Positions 13,454 to 22,798 of a stretch of DNA of 64,000 bases are shown here, in pieces. This stretch comes from Verrucomicrobiota bacterium (GTDB lineage Bacteria; Verrucomicrobiota; Verrucomicrobiia; Opitutales; Seribacteraceae). Location of the stretch: assembly GCA_027622665.1 (NCBI GenBank), contig JAQBYT010000001.1:128001-192000 (forward strand), in the 5' to 3' direction. Every line of letters begins with the position of its first letter. The first letter of the stretch is position 1. Under the pieces are notes generated by a model, which was given only the letters and a program-made list of their open reading frames with translations, was not told the origin of the DNA and did not search any database. Both the position numbers and the translations under genes were made by a program.

Positions 13454-16400
13454 TTATCTTTTAAGGAAAACTTCGTCTAAATTAAGCAAAACATTTCCGA
13501 CCAAGGTCCATGCGGCAAGTTCGACAGGATTGCCGTCGACCGGCAGTGGCCCGATGGGATCAGTGGCCATTAGATTCGCGGCATTTAAATCGTCGGCGTA
13601 GGTGCTTCGGACTAGTTGATAGAGAGCGAGAAGACGCTGAATTTCGGCGGGCTTTGGGCGACGGGTAAGACAAAGGCGAAAACCACGAGCAATTTTTGCC
13701 TCGAGCGACTCACCAGTTTTGTCCATGAGTCGAGCCAAGGCTTGGGCAGCCTCAACGTAAACGGGATCATTCATAGTGACGAGGGCTTGTAGAGGAGTAT
13801 TGGTGGGAGTTCGTCGCACATTACAAACAAAACGATTTGGAGCATCAAACATAGCCATGGAAGGGTAGGGATTTGATCTACGCCAATTGACGTAGATGCC
13901 TCGGCGGAACTTATCCTCGCCTGCGCTGGTTTTCCAGTCCAAGCCCGGACCGAAAGCGGCGTTGAGTCCAAGTTTGGGTTGAGGTGGCTTGACGGATGGC
14001 CCAAACATCTTGCGGCTCAGAAGTCCCGAAGCGGCAAGTGCATGGTCGCGCACCATCTCCGCGGACAATCGTTGCCGGGATCCTCGACTTAAAAGTTCAT
14101 TGAAGGGATCTTTATCGGTTCGATTCTCGTTCACTTTGGAGGATTGCCGATAGGTTGCGGAAAGCGCGATAGTCTTGACCAAGGCTTTCAAGTCCCAGTT
14201 TAGGCGAACCAATTCAGTGGCAAGCCAATCAAGAAGTTCGGGGTGCGTGGGTAGTTCTCCCTGAGAACCAAATTCCTCGCTCGTTCGTACAATACCTCGC
14301 CCAAACAGGGCTTCCCAGTATCGATTAGCTACCACGCGAGCAGTCAGAGGATTTTCATCGGATGCTATCCAACGAGCCATGCCCAGACGATTCATTTTCT
14401 CGCCATCGGGTAACGGATGAAAAGCTGATGGCAGTCCCTCGGTCACTTCCTTGCCCTTGGACAAGAAGTTTCCTCTGATTTGAATGTGGGTCTTGCGATG
14501 CTTGTTCACATCCAGCTCTTTCATGATTGGAACTGTCGTCATGGGCTTCATTTGAAGAGCACTGGCAGAGTGTTCCGCCAACTCCTTTTCGGCCTTTTTC
14601 ACTTCGGGGCTACCGCTTGAGTAAAAAGACCGGAGCTTTTCATGATGAGCGGGTGAACGATCTTCCTCCGCCAGCGACAGGATGGCGAAGACATCATTGG
14701 GCAGAGCCTTTTCGAGTTTTGGCAAGGATCCGTAGAGCCAAAAGATTTCTTCGGGAATTGTTTGGGCAAAAGATGGACTTGTAACGCGAATTTTCATGCC
14801 CGATTTCTGACTGAGGTCACCAATGAATCGAAAGACGCCTTTCCCCTTGGAATTAGGGAGGGGTAGGGCAGTAATTGTTTCTGCTCCATCGAGTGCGAGG
14901 GAATGAGAGGGTTTGGGAGTCTTTGTGACCTCCTGACTCCAAACTGGACGTCTTTTGGCATCAAGTAGATCGATCCGGAACTTCTTGAGGCGGTCCGCCG
15001 TCGCACCGTCCATTCTGTTCCATATCGCCACCTTGTCGATGTGACTGTCCTTGCCCAAGTCCAATTCCCACCAAGGGTTGTCGGCTTGGTCTGTATGAAA
15101 AACGCTTTTGTTTAAATAATTTCCGTCGACATTTCCGTCGTTGCCGTACTTGGCAGGGCCATCGAAGCCAGTGCTGATCTGGGTGGCCTTTCCTTTAAGG
15201 GCAAGGTTTTCCTTACCTGCGAAGACTTGCACCTCTGCCAAATGCAGGTATCCTCCTTTGGTTAAATTAGTCACTCTAAGAAACCGACCCATCTTGCCGA
15301 CTTCTCCTGCTTTCGGGTAAAGTTGAAAATCCACCTTTGTGACATTGGGTAACTGAATGCCCGTCAAAGGTGTTGCCGGTACGATGACGTCGATGCTGTC
15401 TTTACTTTTGGAGATATATTCCATCTCGGTTTTCTGCAGGGGAAGTGAGAAGCTTTTCTGCCATGCAAGGAAATCTTCGGGGATACGCAGCTTGAGGGTG
15501 GCTATCTTCTTCTCCAGTTCGGCAATCTTGAAATTTTGTTCTTCCATGAGCTTTTCTTGATCCGCCGAAAACGCTTTGTGGGTGGGACTCTCGTCACGGC
15601 GGTCGGCGTCGGCGGTGTTGTTCAGGATAGCGAAAAATTGAAAGTACTCTTCCTGAGAAATGGGATCGTACTTGTGGTCGTGGCACTGGGCACAGGCGAT
15701 GGTCGTACCCATCCACGTGGTCATGGTGGTGTTGACGCGGTCCACAATCGCAACATTCCGAAATTCCTCATCATTGGTGCCTCCTTCGTTGTTGGTCTGG
15801 GTGTTGCGGTTGAAAGCCGTGGCAATCAATTGATCGTCTGTTGGATTTGGAAGCATGTCTCCCGCTAACTGTTCGATGGTGAATTGGTCGAAGGGCATGT
15901 TGCGGTTGAAGGCGCGAATCACCCAATCCCTGTAGCCCCATATGGTACGAGGTTGGTCATCTGCGTATCCGGCGCTATCGGCGTAGCGGGCGAGATCCAA
16001 CCACTGTCTAGCCCAGTGCTCGCCATAGGCGTCGGAACCTAGTAGTCGGTCGATCAACTTTTCGTAGGCTTTGGGCGAAGAATCCCTGGCAAAGGCATCA
16101 GCTTCCTCGGGCGTCGGAGGAAGACCCGTAAGATCGAGGGATAATCTGCGAATTAGGGTGAGGAGGTCGGCTTGTTCCGTTGGGCGAAGGGCCGCTGCAT
16201 CAAGTTTGGCCAGTATGAAGCGATCGATATCGTTTCTTGGCCAAGTTTTGTCTGTTACTTCAGGCAATTTCGGCCGCATCGGCGGCTTGTAAGCCCAATG
16301 CGGCTCGAACTCGGCTCCATCTGCAATCCATTGCCTCAGGGTCTCCTTCTGTTCCTTTGTCAGAAAACGCTTTGTTTCCGGAGGAGGCATCACCTCGTCG

Positions 16401-16672
16401 GGATCAGTAATAAAAATCCGGGCAATCAATTCACTCGTATTGGGGTTTCCAGGGACAACCGCCCGCATGCCGCCTCGTTCCTCGGTGGAGGAGCTGTCAT
16501 CAAGTCTAAGCTTAGCCTTGCGAGCATTGGCGTCAGGACCGTGACATTCAAAGCAATTTTCCGAAAGAATCGGCCTAACATCACGGTTGAACGTCACTTT
16601 CGCCATTGCACTAGACTCCGACTGGACGAGGCAGTGTACAATTAGCAATACATTAAAGACCAACCTTTGCAT
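13454..16672 (-). CDS. Planctomycete cytochrome c / DUF1549 / DUF1553 (PSD1) protein with an inserted F-type lectin-like domain
   Basis: FNRDVRPILSENCFECHGPD and CAQCHDHKYDP heme motifs, YGEHWARQWLDLARYADS, PTHPELLDWLA, TPLQAL. Start set at MQRLVF (16672); the track gives 16750. Confidence 0.9.
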   Translation of the reverse strand: MQRLVFNVLLIVHCLVQSESSAMAKVTFNRDVRPILSENCFECHGPDANARKAKLRLDDSSSTEERGGMRAVVPGNPNTSELIARIFITDPDEVMPPPETKRFLTKEQKETLRQWIADGAEFEPHWAYKPPMRPKLPEVTDKTWPRNDIDRFILAKLDAAALRPTEQADLLTLIRRLSLDLTGLPPTPEEADAFARDSSPKAYEKLIDRLLGSDAYGEHWARQWLDLARYADSAGYADDQPRTIWGYRDWVIRAFNRNMPFDQFTIEQLAGDMLPNPTDDQLIATAFNRNTQTNNEGGTNDEEFRNVAIVDRVNTTMTTWMGTTIACAQCHDHKYDPISQEEYFQFFAILNNTADADRRDESPTHKAFSADQEKLMEEQNFKIAELEKKIATLKLRIPEDFLAWQKSFSLPLQKTEMEYISKSKDSIDVIVPATPLTGIQLPNVTKVDFQLYPKAGEVGKMGRFLRVTNLTKGGYLHLAEVQVFAGKENLALKGKATQISTGFDGPAKYGNDGNVDGNYLNKSVFHTDQADNPWWELDLGKDSHIDKVAIWNRMDGATADRLKKFRIDLLDAKRRPVWSQEVTKTPKPSHSLALDGAETITALPLPNSKGKGVFRFIGDLSQKSGMKIRVTSPSFAQTIPEEIFWLYGSLPKLEKALPNDVFAILSLAEEDRSPAHHEKLRSFYSSGSPEVKKAEKELAEHSASALQMKPMTTVPIMKELDVNKHRKTHIQIRGNFLSKGKEVTEGLPSAFHPLPDGEKMNRLGMARWIASDENPLTARVVANRYWEALFGRGIVRTSEEFGSQGELPTHPELLDWLATELVRLNWDLKALVKTIALSATYRQSSKVNENRTDKDPFNELLSRGSRQRLSAEMVRDHALAASGLLSRKMFGPSVKPPQPKLGLNAAFGPGLDWKTSAGEDKFRRGIYVNWRRSNPYPSMAMFDAPNRFVCNVRRTPTNTPLQALVTMNDPVYVEAAQALARLMDKTGESLEAKIARGFRLCLTRRPKPAEIQRLLALYQLVRSTYADDLNAANLMATDPIGPLPVDGNPVELAAWTLVGNVLLNLDEVFLKR

Positions 16673-16871
16673 GAGATCACTCTTAGGAATACTGTCTGCC
16701 TTATCTAAGCAAACTTTTCCGTGAGCCAAAACACTCTTTTTTGAAAACAAAAAGGCATGTAAATGAATTAAACCTTCTTATAAAAAAACATGCGAGTACT
16801 TAGATATTCGTTGAACCATTTACCTTGAAGGGCTATGCAAATTTTAAGTAATTCCTAGAAGAGGATAATAT

Positions 16872-18278
16872 ATGCTGACCATACTCGACAAATTGCCAAA
16901 TCAAACCTGCGAAGGTTTTGGTCGGAGAGAATTTCTAAAGGCGGGAGCATTAGGTATCGGAGGTCTTACCTTGTCTGGCTTGCTACAGGCGAAGGCCGCT
17001 GGACTCGCTGCCGGCAAGCCTTTGAGGAACAAGTCCGTGGTACTGCTTTTTCTGCAGGGTGGTCCACCTCACATCGAGTTTTTCGATCCTAAGATGACCG
17101 CTCCAGATGAGTACAGAAGCATTACAGGTGAGATTCCCACAAATATTCCTGGCGTCACCTTTGGTTCCACCTTTCCAAAACTGGCCAAGATGACAGACAA
17201 ACTTGCCGTTGTTCGTTCTTATCAGTCTCGCAATGGAGGACACACCTATCTTTCGGTAACCAGCGGCGGGAACGAATTGAAAGCTGCCACCAGTGCCGTT
17301 TGCGCCAGAATCCTTGGTACTAATGATGTACGAACCGGCATGCCAAACAACGTATTGGTTCTGCCGGAAGCCGTGCAAGACGGCATACATCTAGGGAGCA
17401 ATTTCGAGACCTCGGCTCTTCCCTCCTTGACGGATCCAGGTAGCCTTGGGTCCACCTATTCCGCCTTTAATCCAGCAGGTGGTGGTACGGCTAAGGAAAA
17501 TATGGAGTTGAGTATAGCTCCTGAACGACTTTCCGATCGAAAAAGCCTTCTCGGTGGCCTAGATTCAATTAAACGGAACATCGATGCCGACGGATCCCTC
17601 GAAAGTGCTGATCACTTTAGCCAACAAGCCTTTGATGTTATTACAAAAGGAGTTGGCTCTGCATTCGATCTTTCTAAAGAAGATCCAAAAACCTTGGAGA
17701 GATACGATACCAGACCGCTTTTTGATGCCCGTGAGCTACAGCGATGGGGTGATATGCGACGAGCCACCAATTTGCTCGGACTGCAAATGCTTATGGCTCG
17801 CCGCCTCTGTGAAACAGGTTGTGCATTCGTGACCGTCTCCGACTGCGGTTGGGATTATCATGCCAACAACAACAGCCCCAAAGGCATGACGGGCATATAC
17901 CCAATGGGAAACCAAGTCGACCATGCCGTATCCGCTTTCGTACAGGATATTCACGATCGAGGTCTTTCCGACGATGTTCTGCTTCTTGTCACTGGCGAAA
18001 TGGGACGATCCCCTAAACTGAATAATAACGGTGGACGGGATCACTACGGAGATATGACCTCACTTCTCGTTGCCGGCGGCGGATTAAACATGGGGCAAGT
18101 CATAGGAGAATCCGATGCCACTGCATCAAAACCAGCCAGCAGACCTTACGGCCCGGAAAACCTAACAGCTACCATTCTCCACCACCTCTTCGATCTTGGC
18201 CAACTTCGCCTAGTTGACGGTCTCCCCGACGAAATCCTCGCAATGTCGAACAACCAGCCAATCGCCGAATTATTCTAG
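16872..18278 (+). CDS. DUF1501 domain-containing protein
   Basis: GRREFLKAG Tat-like motif, FLQGGPPHIEFFDPK, GWDYH, GEMGRSP and GGRDH; preceded by GAGGA. Confidence 0.9.
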   Translation: MLTILDKLPNQTCEGFGRREFLKAGALGIGGLTLSGLLQAKAAGLAAGKPLRNKSVVLLFLQGGPPHIEFFDPKMTAPDEYRSITGEIPTNIPGVTFGSTFPKLAKMTDKLAVVRSYQSRNGGHTYLSVTSGGNELKAATSAVCARILGTNDVRTGMPNNVLVLPEAVQDGIHLGSNFETSALPSLTDPGSLGSTYSAFNPAGGGTAKENMELSIAPERLSDRKSLLGGLDSIKRNIDADGSLESADHFSQQAFDVITKGVGSAFDLSKEDPKTLERYDTRPLFDARELQRWGDMRRATNLLGLQMLMARRLCETGCAFVTVSDCGWDYHANNNSPKGMTGIYPMGNQVDHAVSAFVQDIHDRGLSDDVLLLVTGEMGRSPKLNNNGGRDHYGDMTSLLVAGGGLNMGQVIGESDATASKPASRPYGPENLTATILHHLFDLGQLRLVDGLPDEILAMSNNQPIAELF

Positions 18279-18477
18279 ATTAGGAGCTGTTCTCGCTAAG
18301 ACTAAATTGCAACTATCTAAAGTGAATGTAAATCGATTGATAGTTTGCCTTCATTAAATGACCATTAGCACTCGTTGAGAAACCAGTGAAAACTATCTCG
18401 GTGAATGCCGTTGAAATTGGCTATCTTGACTGCTGCTAGCCAGAAGGCGAATGAAATAGAGCGACCAAGGCTTCTCA

Positions 18478-18918
18478 TTACTTATTGCCAATGTCACCTG
18501 CACAATTTTGGCACCGAGTCCAAGCCGTAGTACCATCAGCAAAAAATTCCTTTTTCCAGATGGGGACACGGCTCTTGATTTCGTCGATAACATAACGACA
18601 AGCGTCGAACGCTTCCCCGCGATGAATGGCTGAAACTCCAACCCAAACTGCGACTTCTTTGAGATCCAACAATCCTACCCTATGTACAGAGCGAACATCC
18701 TTAATGGGAAATTGATCGAGGGCTTCATGAATAATCCGACGACCTTCTAGAATAGCAAGTTCAGCATACGCTTCGTATTCTAGCCGAAGAACTGCTTTTC
18801 CTTCATTGTAATCACGTACCCAGCCTTCGAAAGCAACAAATCCTCCGCAGTCTTGGCTCATCATCCCTTGACGAAGAAAGTCAACTGCTATGGGTGTGGA
18901 AGAGAGATCGAATAACAT
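18478..18918 (-). CDS. moaE: Molybdopterin synthase catalytic subunit
   Basis: FEGWVRD, LEYEAY, HRVG, HRGEAF and IKSRVPIWKKE motifs. Confidence 0.95.
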   Translation of the reverse strand: MLFDLSSTPIAVDFLRQGMMSQDCGGFVAFEGWVRDYNEGKAVLRLEYEAYAELAILEGRRIIHEALDQFPIKDVRSVHRVGLLDLKEVAVWVGVSAIHRGEAFDACRYVIDEIKSRVPIWKKEFFADGTTAWTRCQNCAGDIGNK

Positions 18919-18944
18919 CTTAAATTTGTATATGACGGGAAATG

Positions 18945-19208
18945 TCAGCCTCCGGCCACGGGGGGGATAAAGACGATTTCATCACCGTCCGCCAAAGAGC
19001 AGTCCAAGTCTACGAAGTCCCCGTTACAGGCAACGCGAATGAATTCCTTTTCTAAATCAAAACCCTTCTCCTCCTTGATTTCACCATACAACTCTTCAAC
19101 GGTAGTGGAGGTGGTTTCTCGTTCCTCGCAACTAATGCCCGCATGCTCTCTCAAGATAGCAAAATATCGGAGGCGGACTTGTCGAACTAGAGGTTCGGGA
19201 GGGCTCAT
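18945..19208 (-). CDS. moaD: Molybdopterin synthase sulfur carrier subunit
   Basis: YFAILRE and C-terminal IPPVAGG. Confidence 0.95.
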   Translation of the reverse strand: MSPPEPLVRQVRLRYFAILREHAGISCEERETTSTTVEELYGEIKEEKGFDLEKEFIRVACNGDFVDLDCSLADGDEIVFIPPVAGG

Positions 19209-19801
19209 CGCCGGGAGAAGGTGTGAACGGCTTCCTCGTAGTCCTCGGGCGTGTTAACATTGTCCAGAGCTCTAGGGTTTACAGGATCTAGTAAAAGAGG
19301 TTCGGTCTGCATAAGGATTTTGCGAGGGCAGCGGATATCGTTGGCAAAGAAATCCTCCAGAACAAGGCGTGCATGAGCTTCATAGATGGTGCAAAGGGGT
19401 TCTGGTTTCCCGTCATATGAACTCCTATAAGCTGTCGCCATCTTAGTCGGATCGCGTTGGGCTAACAAATTGTCGAGAGTTATTCCGTCAAGGAAGGGAA
19501 GATCACAGGCGATTACGAGCCAAGCTGCCTCCGGATGTTCTGTCATGGCGGAAAGGATACCGATCAGTGGACCGGCACTTTCCCAACGGTCATGAACGAC
19601 ATTTAAATTGTCCAAGCCGGTCGCATTGTTTTGCCCTTTTCGCAAAGAAAGAAAAATTTCCGCGCAACGAGACCGAAGCAATTCAGCAGCAAGTTCGGGT
19701 TGTGTGGTGCCTGCGTACCTAATGGAAGATTTATCCTTTCCCATCCTGCTACTACATCCACCCGCAAGAAGCAGTCCGTGTGGGGGAGGGGGAAAGCTCA
19801 T
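19205..19801 (-). CDS. mobA: Molybdenum cofactor guanylyltransferase
   Basis: LLAGGCSSRMGKDK, GPLIGI, ACDLPF, PEPLC and NVNTPEDY motifs. Confidence 0.92.
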   Translation of the reverse strand: MSFPPPPHGLLLAGGCSSRMGKDKSSIRYAGTTQPELAAELLRSRCAEIFLSLRKGQNNATGLDNLNVVHDRWESAGPLIGILSAMTEHPEAAWLVIACDLPFLDGITLDNLLAQRDPTKMATAYRSSYDGKPEPLCTIYEAHARLVLEDFFANDIRCPRKILMQTEPLLLDPVNPRALDNVNTPEDYEEAVHTFSRR

Positions 19802-20292
19802 GCCTTTGTCTCTTCGGAACAGTATTTGCTTTTGCCGCCCGTTTTCTCGATCAGTTTGGTCTCTCCAATTACGATTTCATGTGAAAGGGCTTTGCACATG
19901 TCGTAAACCGTTAGTGCCGCAACAGAGCATCCCACCAAAGCTTCCATCTCCACGCCCGTCTTGTGAGTCGCCTTTACTCGACACTCTACGATAATCCTTC
20001 GGGCTCCCTTACGACAAAGCTTGATATTCACTGAGTCTAACGGGATGAGGTGACAGAGAGGAATCAGGTCAGCAGTTTTCTTGGCAGCCTGTGTCCCCGC
20101 GATGACCGCGACATCAAAAATTGAACCTTTTGAGGATCGCATACCTACGCAATCCAGTGCTTCGGCAACTTCCTGCGGAAGCTCTATAATTGTCCGTGCA
20201 AGAGCTCTTCTCTCCGTGCTCACCTTACACCCAACATCCACCATTTGGGGCGAAGAGCTTTTGTCCAGATGAGTGAACTCAGAAAACGGCAT
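19798..20292 (-). CDS. moaC: Cyclic pyranopterin monophosphate synthase accessory protein
   Basis: MVDV, LIPLCH, TGVEMEAL, YDMCKA and KTGGKS motifs. Confidence 0.96.
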   Translation of the reverse strand: MPFSEFTHLDKSSSPQMVDVGCKVSTERRALARTIIELPQEVAEALDCVGMRSSKGSIFDVAVIAGTQAAKKTADLIPLCHLIPLDSVNIKLCRKGARRIIVECRVKATHKTGVEMEALVGCSVAALTVYDMCKALSHEIVIGETKLIEKTGGKSKYCSEETKA

Positions 20293-20331
20293 TTCCGATG
20301 ATAATGAGATAAGCTTTTATAAGCCTAAGAA

Positions 20332-22701
20332 TCAAATAGGGGAAGCTACGGGGAACTTCTCTTCGAAAAGAAAGTCTTCTTCGCCCTTCTTATTGGAATT
20401 GGGAAATACAAAACCAGGGTTGGTGGTGCCTGGACTTATATTGTACTTTTGCATCAACAGCAACATATCTGAAGCACTTGCTTTTATTGTTTTTGTAGCC
20501 ATTTCCGCGGCAGCCTTAGTCGCCGCTTGCGTGCTTCCAAGGCCAACTGCTTTCTTTAAAGAGTCCATCGATCTTACGTTTGCTTTCCCAACATCATTTG
20601 CATCATACCCCAGAGCTAATGCAACACCATCTAAGCTCCCTTCTGTTGACCCTTGTTCTACAGCTTGTTTGATAGCTACAGAATCCTGACCCGCCTTGTC
20701 TCCTCCAAGAATAGCACCTAGGGTAGATCCGTACGTGGCGGATTTGACCGCATTTACTGAATCTATGTCAGTCCGTCGTATGTCTGGTTTTGCATCAAGA
20801 AGGCTTACCACTTCAAAGAGAGCACCAGTCGTTGCCCCGTTAGCTGAAGCACGAGCGAGTTCAACCTCAAATTCTTCAGTTTGACCTTGTGGTTTTTCTA
20901 TTTTGTAAAGGTTATCTGCCGTTACACTTCCATAGGCAGAACCTTTGGAGCTGGCCGTGATAACGCTCTGCAAATCTGTTTCATAATATATCGCCATGGC
21001 AACATTACTTAATACCGAACCCATTGCGGTGCCTCTGGCGAGATTAAGGATTTCTTGACGAGAGGATGCGGTGCCATTGGAATCCGCGGCCTTAGCGATT
21101 GCGCCTTGGGCGGAACCTTTAGAAGACGCCTCGGCTAAGGCAATACGATCATACGACACCTTCTTCCCATAGTATTCATAGTCCCAGGCAGAGTAATTAT
21201 CTGCAACTGGGTCAAAGACGGTTGCGAATTGAGCACCCATTGAAGACCCGAAAGCTGCCGCTTCGCCGAGAAGCGCAATATCGGCCTTTTTATCGTTTGG
21301 CCATTGTTTGAGCAAGTTGCTCTCTATGGCTGCAGAAGCTACTCCATATGAAACTTTCTCTGCAACGCGTTCTGGCAGTTTATCAATTTTCCAAGGCTTG
21401 TGCGAACTCGAAACCATAATCGAGCCCAATGACGCTCCGGAAGCTATGGACTTAACGACTTCGTATGTAAAAATGTGGTGACTAGAGTTTGCATCTGGTC
21501 CGCTAGGGAGACCTGCCATAAATTCTACGGCCGCCTTGGCCGCTCCTGAACCGATCGCCTCAGCCAATGCGGGAACATTAACAGACAAAATATTACCGCT
21601 GTCCTTCGATGCCGCAAGTGCACCGTAGGCTAGACCATTGGCGGCGTATTCGAGGATACGAGTTTTGTCGGGATGAAAGTGAGGGGGGTCTGATGGATGA
21701 CCGCCTCGCATCATTATGTCATCGCTCGTAGTTGTGCTTGGGTCGAGTGCGTTGATACCCGGGTAAAAGCCGAAATCCGCTTCATCGATGGTTTTGTTAT
21801 TAATTTCTTCCAAAATGGCAGTAATAGTTCCCTCAGCGACGAACCGCATCAACTGCTCGCGATCTGGTGGGGCATCCGACACTGAACCTGTGGAGTTCAA
21901 ATTGGCGCCGATGATTCCGCGGGCCATGCCCTCGGACAAACTTTTGACTAAGTCAGGAGCACTTACCCGCCAAGCCCTAGACGCTTCTGGAATGAAGGCT
22001 TCAATTACCACTGATGGGAGGAGTGTTTGAGCAAGACCTTCGGGTGCGATTTGGAGAAATGCCTTGACCGTTGTGGCCTTCTCTGCGGGAGAGGAGTTTT
22101 CAAACGACTGAGTCCAACCATTTGCATCTGCGGGATCAAGGCGTTGTAAGTAATCCCTGTAAAGCTCATGATCGGCGGATGCCACCGTACCAAATCCAAC
22201 GCCAAATGCATTCCATTCCGGACTGCCTGGCTCAAGACTGAGGGAACGATCAACGGATGCCTCTAGTGCCGCTTGTACGAGAGCTTGGGTAGCTTTACCG
22301 ATTTGGTCGACATCGAGCCCGAGGCTATCTCTCTTGTCTCGAATGTATTCCAAAGCGAGACGAACACCCTCCTTAATCTCATCGTTAGTGTTACTGCCGG
22401 CCCCAGCGAAGAGCCCCTTCATCGTACCAGTTAAACTTGAAGGAACATCTGGCCAAGAACTAGCCGAGAGCGTCGAATTAACATCGGCACTCGGTATGGT
22501 CGAACGGCGAAATCGAGAAGATGTGCGTACTGAACCAGGATTCGTGAGTTCCTCATGATTGATTAGGATGGCACTTTCAATCAGGGTCTTGTCAATGGGT
22601 CTTGCTCCTACTGAGAGGATTGACCAACCAACAGTCAATCCTCCCGCTATCAAGCGGAACAAATTGTTGAAGTTGTTGAATTGTTGCGGCATCAAGGGCA
22701 T
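20332..22701 (-). CDS. Hypothetical exported Ala/Gly/Ser-rich helical repeat protein
   Basis: 789-aa ORF with a signal-like N-terminus and about 14 copies of a small-xx-G-xxx-G/A helix motif; no family recognised. Confidence 0.75.
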   Translation of the reverse strand: MPLMPQQFNNFNNLFRLIAGGLTVGWSILSVGARPIDKTLIESAILINHEELTNPGSVRTSSRFRRSTIPSADVNSTLSASSWPDVPSSLTGTMKGLFAGAGSNTNDEIKEGVRLALEYIRDKRDSLGLDVDQIGKATQALVQAALEASVDRSLSLEPGSPEWNAFGVGFGTVASADHELYRDYLQRLDPADANGWTQSFENSSPAEKATTVKAFLQIAPEGLAQTLLPSVVIEAFIPEASRAWRVSAPDLVKSLSEGMARGIIGANLNSTGSVSDAPPDREQLMRFVAEGTITAILEEINNKTIDEADFGFYPGINALDPSTTTSDDIMMRGGHPSDPPHFHPDKTRILEYAANGLAYGALAASKDSGNILSVNVPALAEAIGSGAAKAAVEFMAGLPSGPDANSSHHIFTYEVVKSIASGASLGSIMVSSSHKPWKIDKLPERVAEKVSYGVASAAIESNLLKQWPNDKKADIALLGEAAAFGSSMGAQFATVFDPVADNYSAWDYEYYGKKVSYDRIALAEASSKGSAQGAIAKAADSNGTASSRQEILNLARGTAMGSVLSNVAMAIYYETDLQSVITASSKGSAYGSVTADNLYKIEKPQGQTEEFEVELARASANGATTGALFEVVSLLDAKPDIRRTDIDSVNAVKSATYGSTLGAILGGDKAGQDSVAIKQAVEQGSTEGSLDGVALALGYDANDVGKANVRSMDSLKKAVGLGSTQAATKAAAEMATKTIKASASDMLLLMQKYNISPGTTNPGFVFPNSNKKGEEDFLFEEKFPVASPI

Positions 22702-22798
22702 CTGTTCACTAAATTTAATCAGTATCGGACGCTGTTGTTCAATATGACATTTATTGCCTCGACAATCAAGACGTCAAACAACTTTTCCGTTCGGTCTT

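Noticed and set aside
18292..18410. Short repeats in the DUF1501-moaE gap (AACTATCT..GTGAATG twice; GCTAAGACTAA also near 28885)
   Set aside because: Too short and too few for a CRISPR array or mobile element; matches of this length are expected by chance.
16872..20292. Functional link between DUF1501 and the adjacent molybdopterin genes
   Set aside because: The genes are convergent with no other supporting evidence. The missing moaA and moeA are commonly encoded elsewhere.
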